Notes under the pieces: generated by a model | The model's database searches: none | Seen by the model: only the letters and a program-made list of their open reading frames with translations | Told to the model about the DNA's origin: nothing | Shown here: in pieces, positions 44,909-52,483 of the stretch | Numbering within the stretch: the first letter of the stretch is position 1 | Layout: every line of letters begins with the position of its first letter | Translations under genes and position numbers: made by a program | DNA from: Candidatus Micrarchaeota archaeon | GTDB lineage: Archaea; Micrarchaeota; Micrarchaeia; Micrarchaeales; CABMGC01 | Length of the DNA stretch: 64,000 nucleotides | Assembly (NCBI GenBank): GCA_027334165.1 | Contig: DAHWXM010000005.1 | Location: forward strand, 955 to 64,954 | Direction of reading: 5' to 3'

Positions 44909-45761
44909 ACCATGCCGTGCACTGCTTTCCGAAGAACTCGCATCGCGTGCACTTCCATCTCTCGGACTCGGGCACCGGCCGCGCCTCGCGCTGACCGTTC
45001 CAATATCCCATAACGTCTATAAGCTCCTTGCTGAATTCACTATCCTCATAGGACACCGTTATCTCACCGAAGACGTCTCCCGAAGTCATGTCGCTGTATC
45101 TCAGGATGAGGTTGTTGTCCAGCTCAGGCATGGCGTTTATCGAACTGAACATCTGCTTGAACATGGCAGGCAAGGATCTCAGCTCGTCTCTTATTCCTAT
45201 CTCCACAAGGCCTTTCTGGAATTCGTCAGACATTCTCGCGGTCTCTATGCCGTACGACGCGGCGATGTTCTGATACGCATACTTGGATTCCTTGAGGTCC
45301 TGGAGCAGTTTCCTATAGAGCATGATCTGTATCATGTGAGACTTCTTATAGATGTTGTCAAGGTTGTCCGACTTCGTGGTTTTGTCCTCAACGACCACGA
45401 CCTTGCCGTTGGCTATCCTCAGCTCGTCTATCTTGCCGGTTATCTTGTAGCCGTTTATTGAGCCGTAAAGGAAGAGCTCCCTGCCGACGTGCTTCTCCGA
45501 AAGGCTGCGCATAGTTTGGTAGTTCTCATACGCCGTCTTGTACATCCAGTCGGCACTGTTCCTTGTCTCTACAGTCAAAGGTACGAATACCTTTGACTGC
45601 CACTTCTCATGCAGCTGGGAACCCCGCTCCATATACTTGGTGCGTTTAGCACCGTACATGTGTCCCAACTCAACTTTCTTCTCGCACCAGAACTGGCCGG
45701 CGATGTCAGTAGCCGAGATCTTTGTGATCCCGAGTTTTTCCAAGACAGTGCGCCCAGCCAT
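44889..45761 (-). CDS. stand-alone Cas4/DUF83-family PD-(D/E)xK nuclease with Fe-S cysteines
   Basis: N-terminal Cys (QFWCEKK), GKIDEL...VVVVEDKT (D, ExK), QIMLY (QxxxY) and C-terminal CTRCEFFGKQC. It overlaps alaS by 20 nt. Confidence 0.65.
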   Translation of the reverse strand: MAGRTVLEKLGITKISATDIAGQFWCEKKVELGHMYGAKRTKYMERGSQLHEKWQSKVFVPLTVETRNSADWMYKTAYENYQTMRSLSEKHVGRELFLYGSINGYKITGKIDELRIANGKVVVVEDKTTKSDNLDNIYKKSHMIQIMLYRKLLQDLKESKYAYQNIAASYGIETARMSDEFQKGLVEIGIRDELRSLPAMFKQMFSSINAMPELDNNLILRYSDMTSGDVFGEITVSYEDSEFSKELIDVMGYWNGQREARPVPESERWKCTRCEFFGKQCTAWYGANNA

Positions 45762-45889
45762 GCCGATCGTCTCCGTGCAAACAAAGTAGTTGATGTATCA
45801 GACCGCCTACCTGTCGTCATCGCAAAAGCTCAGCGATCACCAGTCACATCACATACATTTTTAATGTATTTGATAATATTAATAACCCT

Positions 45890-46522
45890 ATGCCCATCAA
45901 CAAATACAAACTCTACGTATTCGACTGGGATGGCACTCTTAGCACCTCTACTCCTCTGGTAAGGTTCGTAAGGATTTTCAAACGCAGATACAGTGTGAAT
46001 TACGTTCGCAGCCATGCTAGCTCATACGGCCGCGCCAGGCTCGACAGGATAGTTTACAAGGAGGAAGTGAACCGCCTGTACGCAAGCCTGTATGACCTTT
46101 ACCTCATGTTTGTTAAACCAAAACTGCAGGTAGGCGCACTCGACTTGCTTAAAACCCTCAGTGAGAGCGGGAAAAAGGTCGCCATTTTCAGCGATTCAAA
46201 GAAGTACCGACTTCTCAAGGAGATCCGGCTTCTCGGTGCCCTTGACTACGTGGACTTCGTCCTCAGCGCTGACGCAATAAAGCGATTTAAGCCAAATCCA
46301 GACGGTCTTCTCATCATGGCAAGGAAGTTCAGGGTCGGAAAGAGGGAGTGTGTTTATGTCGGTGACATGGCATCTGATATACTCACGGCAAAGTTCGCAG
46401 GGTTCGATTCCTGCAGCGTCGGCAATGGCGTTGATCCGTACGGGTTGCTAAAGCGCATCGGACCGGATTACCTGTTTAGGGATCTCATAGAGTTCTATCG
46501 CGCCTTCTGGTCAAAGAAATGA
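45890..46522 (+). CDS. HAD-superfamily phosphatase
   Basis: LYVFDWDGTL (DxDGT), FSDSKK and VYVGDMASDILTAKFAG. Confidence 0.8.
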   Translation: MPINKYKLYVFDWDGTLSTSTPLVRFVRIFKRRYSVNYVRSHASSYGRARLDRIVYKEEVNRLYASLYDLYLMFVKPKLQVGALDLLKTLSESGKKVAIFSDSKKYRLLKEIRLLGALDYVDFVLSADAIKRFKPNPDGLLIMARKFRVGKRECVYVGDMASDILTAKFAGFDSCSVGNGVDPYGLLKRIGPDYLFRDLIEFYRAFWSKK

Positions 46523-46545
46523 CTGTTGACGCTGTCCAGAAAGGC

Positions 46546-46553
46546 ATATAAAT
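46546..46553 (+). promoter_or_regulatory. TATA box for the pilin-like operon (leaderless start)
   Basis: ATATAAAT is centred about 26 nt upstream of ATG 46575. No SD lies between them. Confidence 0.4.
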
Positions 46554-46574
46554 CTGCGATTTTTTATACTCTTA

Positions 46575-48113
46575 ATGTCAAGAGCAAAATCGAAGCGCCG
46601 TGGTGGCGTGGGCGCACGAAAGGATCGCAGCGACGAACACGCGCAGGCAGCTATAGAGTATCTGACAACCTACGGGTGGGCGATACTCGTGCTCGTAATC
46701 ATAGTCTCATTGCTATACGCGTTTTTCTTCGCCCCATCCTTCATAACTCCTGAAAAGTGCACGATCACTTCCGGCGCGTACTGCAACGACGTTGTCCTGG
46801 GCACCACAGCAAATGCATCTAAACTTGTCATGCTGCTGTCAAACTCTCAGCAGTATCCGATTTCCGAGCTCGGTGTCATACTGAACACGCAGCAGGCCGG
46901 CAACGTTACTGGTAGGTGCTATCCATCCTACGTGCTTCCTGGCGGATCGATAGTCTGCAACGTAACCGTCCCGATAGGATACTCGGTAGGCTCTCTGGTT
47001 TCCGGATCAATATTCGTCAGTGGCAAAAACTGCCCCTCGAATTCCACATCGTGCGCATCAGGGCAGGCGCAGACCTTCACCGGGACAGTTGTCGCGCACG
47101 CGCAACCCGTTCTAGCATCCGAACCTGTAACAATTTCCCTTTACTCTTCCAATCTTACTCCATCAATAAACAGCGGCCAGACGCAGGTCACGGCAAGGGT
47201 GATGCTGCTTGGCTATCCCCTGTCTGGAGCCACTGTAAACTTCACACACAGCGGCGGGTCGAATTACACCCTCGTGCCCTCGGAGGCAACGACTGGCTCA
47301 AACGGGGAAGCCGCAAGCTACCTGTCAGGGCTGAAGCTTGGCCCGGTTCTTGTGAACGCCTCCTTTGCCGGTCATTCGTCATCCATAACGATCAGCTACC
47401 AGCCGCCCAGGTACTACACTACGCTGCCGTACACTACTACTGGAACATCAAATGGCACATACACTACCCAACCCTACTCTCCGCTCTGTTCTCCCACAAT
47501 CTCATTTTCCGGCCAGAACACCGTAACAATAACTTGGTGCGGTGGAACGCCATCGTATTCCGTAACACTCTATTCTGGCACTTCGGCTAACTGTGCCAGC
47601 GACACCAATGTCGTTGCCCTTAATTCCGGCATATCGACTACTTCGACGTCGTTCTCCATTCCTTCCGGCAGCTACTACTACTGCGCTACTGTTACCGACT
47701 CTTCTACGTCCCAACAGACTACGGGCTCCAGCATTGGCACCTCGTCCACTACTTCAACATCCACATCAACAACATCCACTACGTCCTCTACGTCAACCAC
47801 TGTATCCACTTCCGTTTCGACGTCGGTCTCGACCTCCGCCAGTACCACCGCATCAACATCCTCGACTTCCGTTGCAAGCTCCTCGTCAACTACTGCATCA
47901 ACCTCGACATCAAGCATCGCATCTACTTCAACAATAAAGACAACTTCAACCACGGTATCTACGTCAACCACTGTTTCTACTTCGACTACAGTGGCTTCGA
48001 CATCCACGACTGTCTGCGGGGGAGGATGCATAAGCCCTAGCACGGGCATACAATGCTGTGCAAACCCGTGCTCGGTGTACTACGGCGATTGCAGCAACAA
48101 GTGCCTATGCTGA
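46575..48113 (+). CDS. giant pilin-like surface protein A1: class III signal peptide, pilin head, Ig-like domains, S/T stalk, 8-Cys C-terminal knot
   Basis: MSRAKSKRRGGVGARKDRSDEHA-QAAIEYLTTYGWAILVLVIIVSLLYAFFF. A Big_1-like segment follows (ISLYSSNLTPSINSGQTQVTARVMLLGYPLSGATVNFTHSGGS...TTGSNGEAASYLSG...VNASFAGHS). Then come a ~90-aa S/T tract and the ending CGGGCISPSTGIQCCANPCSVYYGDCSNKCLC. Confidence 0.75.
   Translation: MSRAKSKRRGGVGARKDRSDEHAQAAIEYLTTYGWAILVLVIIVSLLYAFFFAPSFITPEKCTITSGAYCNDVVLGTTANASKLVMLLSNSQQYPISELGVILNTQQAGNVTGRCYPSYVLPGGSIVCNVTVPIGYSVGSLVSGSIFVSGKNCPSNSTSCASGQAQTFTGTVVAHAQPVLASEPVTISLYSSNLTPSINSGQTQVTARVMLLGYPLSGATVNFTHSGGSNYTLVPSEATTGSNGEAASYLSGLKLGPVLVNASFAGHSSSITISYQPPRYYTTLPYTTTGTSNGTYTTQPYSPLCSPTISFSGQNTVTITWCGGTPSYSVTLYSGTSANCASDTNVVALNSGISTTSTSFSIPSGSYYYCATVTDSSTSQQTTGSSIGTSSTTSTSTSTTSTTSSTSTTVSTSVSTSVSTSASTTASTSSTSVASSSSTTASTSTSSIASTSTIKTTSTTVSTSTTVSTSTTVASTSTTVCGGGCISPSTGIQCCANPCSVYYGDCSNKCLC
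47740..48014 (+). repeat. S/T-coding low-complexity tract (stalk) of A1
   Basis: It encodes TSSTTSTSTSTTSTTSSTSTTVSTSVSTSVSTSAS...TTVSTSTTVSTSTTVASTSTTV. Synonymous codons are mixed and the periodicity is imperfect. Confidence 0.7.
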
Positions 48114-48127
48114 ACAAGTGATATAGA

Positions 48128-48916
48128 ATGCCAAACGGCAAATCCAACGGTGCAGGGCCATACCACTACGCGTACGGCGAAGCAGACGGTAACCACAGGC
48201 TTGCATACGCCACGGTAGTGATCTCAGCAGTTCTTGTCCTTGCGATCGCATATTTCATATTACATACAAAATACTCCCCTGCACCAGCCAACGCAACGGG
48301 TAATGCATCTTATGGCGCCGCATGGAGGGCCGCATTTCTTGAGTCGTTCCCTCTAAACAGTTCATTGTCCAATATAACGATAATCAACAATCTTACATTC
48401 TACCAGGGCGGCCCATGCAGCGGAACCGCCGCGATAAAATCGGCTGTGTCATCATCCTCTGCCACTTCACAACGCGGTACCGACCTTTCGAGCCTCAATC
48501 CAAGGTTCCCCTTCCTGCAGTATGCTGCGATATATACGGTAAATCAGTCTGATGCTTCGGCGTATGAGAGTGCTATAAGCAACACGGGTCTATGCGAAAA
48601 TTCCTACACCTCCCTGGTGCCGATACTTTCCAGGTCCGAATCTTCATACAGCACAATACAATTCGAAGGGGTCACCCTGCACATATACCTAATATCCAAC
48701 CTTACCGCGGATGAGTTGAACAGCACTGGGTATTACTTCACCGGAAGCAAACCTGACGTTTATTGGTACATGGCCACTACCTCCTACGGAAATTCTGGAT
48801 TGCAATTTGGGTCCCGTGGCTTTGTTTCCAGTGAGAATGTTACGTCGCTGATCGACATGACGAAGGGCTTCGTTTCCGGGTTCATAAATGCATACAATTC
48901 CAACGCTAAAGCGTGA
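48128..48916 (+). CDS. membrane-anchored extracellular partner protein B1
   Basis: An N-terminal TM helix (LAYATVVISAVLVLAIAYFIL) and an N-x-S/T-rich ectodomain. It is a paralog of 51013..51825, sharing ASAY, [ST]GLC, LH.Y and KPD.YWY.ATT.Y...GLQFGS. Confidence 0.6.
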   Translation: MPNGKSNGAGPYHYAYGEADGNHRLAYATVVISAVLVLAIAYFILHTKYSPAPANATGNASYGAAWRAAFLESFPLNSSLSNITIINNLTFYQGGPCSGTAAIKSAVSSSSATSQRGTDLSSLNPRFPFLQYAAIYTVNQSDASAYESAISNTGLCENSYTSLVPILSRSESSYSTIQFEGVTLHIYLISNLTADELNSTGYYFTGSKPDVYWYMATTSYGNSGLQFGSRGFVSSENVTSLIDMTKGFVSGFINAYNSNAKA

Positions 48917-48921
48917 TAAGC

Positions 48922-50988
48922 ATGACAGACCACAAAGGCAGTAAAGAGTTTGCGCAGGCAGCTATAGAGTATCTGACAACCTACGGGTGGGCGATACTGA
49001 TAATAGCCATAATGATCTCGTTCCTCTACGCATTCGTCTTCGCGCCTTCCTTCGTGGTGCCCCAAAAGTGCTCTTTGACATCCGGGGCGTACTGCAATGA
49101 CGTAGTATTCGGAACTTCGCAGGGTGCATCTAGGCTCGTGATGCTGTTATCCAATACGCAGCAATACCCATTCAGTGCCCCCTCCGTGATCGTATCGGTT
49201 CCTGAGTCCGGAAACGTTTCCGGTTCGTGCTATCCGTCCTACGTGCTTCCCGGTGGGGTAATGGTGTGCAATGTCACGATACCTACTGGATATGCGCAAG
49301 GAGCCTTAGTCTCCGGATCAATGTATCTCAACGGTAGGAGCTGCGTGTCAGGCGCAGAAGAATGCGCAGAGGCGCCTTATCAGACATACGCCGGAACGGT
49401 GGTCCTCCATGCCCAGCCCCTGTTGGCGTCAGAGCCTGTGTCCATATCACTGTATTCCTCTAGTCTTGCGCCATCGATAAACAATGGCCAGACGATGCTC
49501 ACTGCAAAGGTCACATTGCTCGGGTATCCCCTTCCTGGAGCAACGGTTAACTTCACCCAGAATGGCGGTAGCAATTACACGATTTTGCCGTCACAATCCG
49601 CAACAGGGTCTGACGGCCGCGCCACGAGCTATATATCTGGCACTCGTGTCGGCCCTGTGGTGGTCAATGCTTCATTTGCAGGACACTCCGCTTCGTTGAA
49701 TCTGAGTTTCCAGCCAAAGGGTTATTACACAACAATTCCGTACACCACAGTTGGAACTGCCAACGGTACCTTCACAACACAGCAATACAGTTCGCTATGC
49801 TCGCCTTCACTCGTCTTTTCTGGGCAATCTTCAATAACCGTGTCATGGTGCGGCGGTACTGCCCCATACTCCGTTACACTGCGCTCAGGAACTTCGCCGA
49901 ACTGCACGCTTGACACTAATGTAGTGGCCACGAACTCCGGAGTAACTACAACATCCACCTCTTTCTCGATATCGCCCGGAAGCTACTATTACTGTGCAGA
50001 AGTTACAGATTCGTCATCATCCCAGCAGACCACCAACTCAAGTGCCGGCGTATCCTCTACGACTTCCACATCGACATCATCTACTACTTCTTCCTCTACA
50101 TCAACATCGAGCACAACCTCCACGTCCGTCTTAACCACTGTTTCGACCGTGGTGACTAACGCCGCAACCAATGCGGGCACCGTGCAACACCTGGGTACAT
50201 GCACATACACCACACCCGTGGGAATACTCGGGTGCCCTTCTGGTGCTTACAACACCACCGAGGAGACATTTCTGCCGTGTTCCTGTTTTGATACGCCTCC
50301 GGGAGGATCGTGTCAGCCGCCATCCTATCCTGTAGGTTACGGATACAGCGGCACGTACGAGGCCTGTGTGTATCCGACGACTTCCACCGTAGCCTCCACG
50401 TCTGTGTCAACATCGGTTTCGACATCAGTTTCCACGTCCGTCTCGACATCAGTAGCTACGACATCCACAACGAAAGCCACAACATCAACAACCAAATCTA
50501 CGACATCTACGGTAAAAACAACGTCTACCACTGTCGCTTCAACCAATGCAGCCACATCGACCGGCGGTGGATGCGTCCTTTGGAATGACACAGTAACGAT
50601 GTACAATGGACAATCCGTGCCGGTGTCGTTCCTATCCGTTGGCGACTACGTGCTTGGATACGATGTTCTAACAGGAAAAACGCAGGCGGTCCGCGTCTCT
50701 CTAATAACCGAGACCAGCACATCTGAGATAGAATTCATAAACGGGAAAATAGGGGTAACACCGTACGATCAGCCAATGTACATAAGCAACTCAACGTACA
50801 CCGGATGGATAAGCAACCCATCGTCCATCCGTGTCGGCTGGTACCTATTCGAACCTGCCACGGATTCGTGGGTCGCAGTGCACAATGTCAGCTATTCTAC
50901 CGGATCGTTCATGGTGTACAACGTGTACACGAATGCTACCAACACCTACGTTGTGGGTGGTGTGCTTGTGGACACAAAGGTCGCGTAA
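48922..50988 (+). CDS. giant pilin-like surface protein A2: as A1 but with extra 6-Cys insert and C-terminal Hint domain
   Basis: MTDHKGSKEFA-QAAIEYLTTYGWAILIIAIMISFLYAFVF. It is collinear with A1 through the Ig-like domains and has two S/T tracts. The C-terminus is GGGCVLWNDTVTMYNGQSVPVSFLSVGDYVLGYD...FMVYNVYTNATNTYVVGGVLVDTKVA. An alternative GTG start lies at 48913. Confidence 0.75.
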   Translation: MTDHKGSKEFAQAAIEYLTTYGWAILIIAIMISFLYAFVFAPSFVVPQKCSLTSGAYCNDVVFGTSQGASRLVMLLSNTQQYPFSAPSVIVSVPESGNVSGSCYPSYVLPGGVMVCNVTIPTGYAQGALVSGSMYLNGRSCVSGAEECAEAPYQTYAGTVVLHAQPLLASEPVSISLYSSSLAPSINNGQTMLTAKVTLLGYPLPGATVNFTQNGGSNYTILPSQSATGSDGRATSYISGTRVGPVVVNASFAGHSASLNLSFQPKGYYTTIPYTTVGTANGTFTTQQYSSLCSPSLVFSGQSSITVSWCGGTAPYSVTLRSGTSPNCTLDTNVVATNSGVTTTSTSFSISPGSYYYCAEVTDSSSSQQTTNSSAGVSSTTSTSTSSTTSSSTSTSSTTSTSVLTTVSTVVTNAATNAGTVQHLGTCTYTTPVGILGCPSGAYNTTEETFLPCSCFDTPPGGSCQPPSYPVGYGYSGTYEACVYPTTSTVASTSVSTSVSTSVSTSVSTSVATTSTTKATTSTTKSTTSTVKTTSTTVASTNAATSTGGGCVLWNDTVTMYNGQSVPVSFLSVGDYVLGYDVLTGKTQAVRVSLITETSTSEIEFINGKIGVTPYDQPMYISNSTYTGWISNPSSIRVGWYLFEPATDSWVAVHNVSYSTGSFMVYNVYTNATNTYVVGGVLVDTKVA
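50050..50160 (+). repeat. first S/T tract of A2
   Basis: It encodes VSSTTSTSTSSTTSSSTSTSSTTSTSVLTTVSTVV. Confidence 0.6.
50377..50562 (+). repeat. second S/T(K) tract of A2
   Basis: It encodes TTSTVASTSVSTSVSTSVSTSVSTSVATTSTTKATTSTTKSTTSTVKTTSTTVASTNAATST and lies directly before GGGC. Confidence 0.65.
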
Positions 50989-51012
50989 GTTTATAATTCT
51001 TACCTGGCACAT

Positions 51013-51825
51013 ATGTCATTATTACAAAATGTGGATGTCATGGTCGTAAGGAAGAACGTTCGCATAAAAAGGCATTACGAAACAAGGGGCAGAGTCGGAA
51101 AGGGTACGGGCGCATCAATCCCAGTCATCGTGTTCCTGATCGCTGTCGCAGCCGTGCTTTTCGTATACACTAGTTCTCCAACGCAGAAAACCGCAGATTC
51201 CTCCTCCACAATCGTGGCGCCATCCCTCTCCGCCGTGCCGCCTTCCGGATCAGGCTTTCTGTATTCGTATGCGATGCAAAATTCCCCTGCCCGTATAATA
51301 ACGTATGCCAACATTACCTTCGATAACAGTGGCTCGTGCCAGGGAATAAAGCTTGTCAAGTGGTTTGCACAGCCAGGAATAAACGTAACGTACACATACG
51401 CAAATTTCTCCTCGTTCAATCAGAGTGCGCCTCTTGCCCAATATGTGGCACTGTCATACGTGAATCCAGCCAATGCGTCCGCTTATGCCGCAAACATAAA
51501 TCAGAGCGGCCTGTGTCCTAGCACCGAACTCGACAGCATCTTTGAGAACTCCGCACACAACTACAGCACCGTCGGATTCGATGGGATCATCCTGCACGTA
51601 TACAATGTGTACAATTTCACCAATACCGGGATGCACCTTACCAACAACTACTATGTTGGCAAAAAGCCAGACATATACTGGTACTTTGCTACTACTGCGT
51701 ACAAGGGCACTGGACTTCAGTTTGGATCCTGGGGCTATTCGAACAGCGAGAATTCGACAGCACTGCTGAGTCAGGCCGAGGCCATGATTGGCAGCTACAT
51801 AAATGCGGATAACGGGGTGGCGTGA
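51013..51825 (+). CDS. membrane-anchored extracellular partner protein B2
   Basis: An N-terminal TM helix (IPVIVFLIAVAAVLFVY). It is a paralog of B1, as described for 48128..48916. Confidence 0.6.
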   Translation: MSLLQNVDVMVVRKNVRIKRHYETRGRVGKGTGASIPVIVFLIAVAAVLFVYTSSPTQKTADSSSTIVAPSLSAVPPSGSGFLYSYAMQNSPARIITYANITFDNSGSCQGIKLVKWFAQPGINVTYTYANFSSFNQSAPLAQYVALSYVNPANASAYAANINQSGLCPSTELDSIFENSAHNYSTVGFDGIILHVYNVYNFTNTGMHLTNNYYVGKKPDIYWYFATTAYKGTGLQFGSWGYSNSENSTALLSQAEAMIGSYINADNGVA

Positions 51826-51826
51826 C

Positions 51827-52420
51827 ATGCGATTTAATTACGCCGCAATTAGCGTGGCATTTGTTGCACTGATGGCGGCACTGCTTCTTTATGCGGCTCT
51901 GCGGGGTCCCGCTACGACTGGCCTTCGTCAGAACCTTAACGCATCCCAGATATCATCCATGTTCCTGGACGTTGCACCGGGATTCTTCAGCACTGGCGGC
52001 TATCTTGTCGCTGGCAACACCATTGCAACAAAATTTCCCCAGTACGGATCGGGTAACATAAGCGGCTACGTCAGCACCGACATGATGGGCGACTCGTCTC
52101 TTGGAAACAAGATAATTGCATTCATCTATGGAAACAACTCCGCACCGTCAGAGTACCTGAACACGCCTACCCTAGAATCTGCATTCTCATTCGAATCAAA
52201 TTCCAAAACAACACCGCTTGGAACGCAAGCCTTCGGAAACATAACCGTGCACTTCTATTCGATACGCACGACGCTCGGCACCGGAAATCAATCCCTGACG
52301 CTTGCGTCTTACGGATCCGCTTTCTCGTATCGAAACATACTTTTTGTGGGGCTCTTTGAAAACGAATCCCTATCGGTCAACGTGACAGGTTCTCTTGCAG
52401 AAAGACTCTCTGGTGGATAA
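51827..52420 (+). CDS. membrane-anchored extracellular protein B3 (divergent, shorter)
   Basis: An N-terminal TM helix (AAISVAFVALMAALLLYAAL). Similarity to B1/B2 is weak (GNITVHFYS versus GVTLHIYL / GIILHVYN). It starts 1 nt after the B2 stop. I trimmed the start to ATG 51827. Confidence 0.5.
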   Translation: MRFNYAAISVAFVALMAALLLYAALRGPATTGLRQNLNASQISSMFLDVAPGFFSTGGYLVAGNTIATKFPQYGSGNISGYVSTDMMGDSSLGNKIIAFIYGNNSAPSEYLNTPTLESAFSFESNSKTTPLGTQAFGNITVHFYSIRTTLGTGNQSLTLASYGSAFSYRNILFVGLFENESLSVNVTGSLAERLSGG

Positions 52421-52483
52421 AAGAAGGTACGGCCGGCGTGCCCTCTTGCCTTAATATAAACATTTCCAACCCTATCTATACAC

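Noticed and set aside
47593-48049. ORFs 47593..47937 (plus, P/R-rich) and 47678..48049 (minus, V/E/D-rich)
   Set aside because: They are alternative-frame and antisense readings of the Ser/Thr-coding tract of A1. The same holds for 49989..50606 in A2.
47740-50562. Possible CRISPR array or mobile-element tandem repeats in the periodic S/T-coding DNA
   Set aside because: There are no exact direct repeats separated by unique spacers. The periodicity is at the codon or amino-acid level and lies inside long intact ORFs.
50572-50988. Canonical (splicing) intein
   Set aside because: The Hint module sits at the extreme C-terminus, with the stop 3 codons after the last block. There is no C-extein nucleophile, no terminal His-Asn and no homing-endonuclease insert. 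It is better described as a Hedgehog/BIL-like autoprocessing Hint domain.
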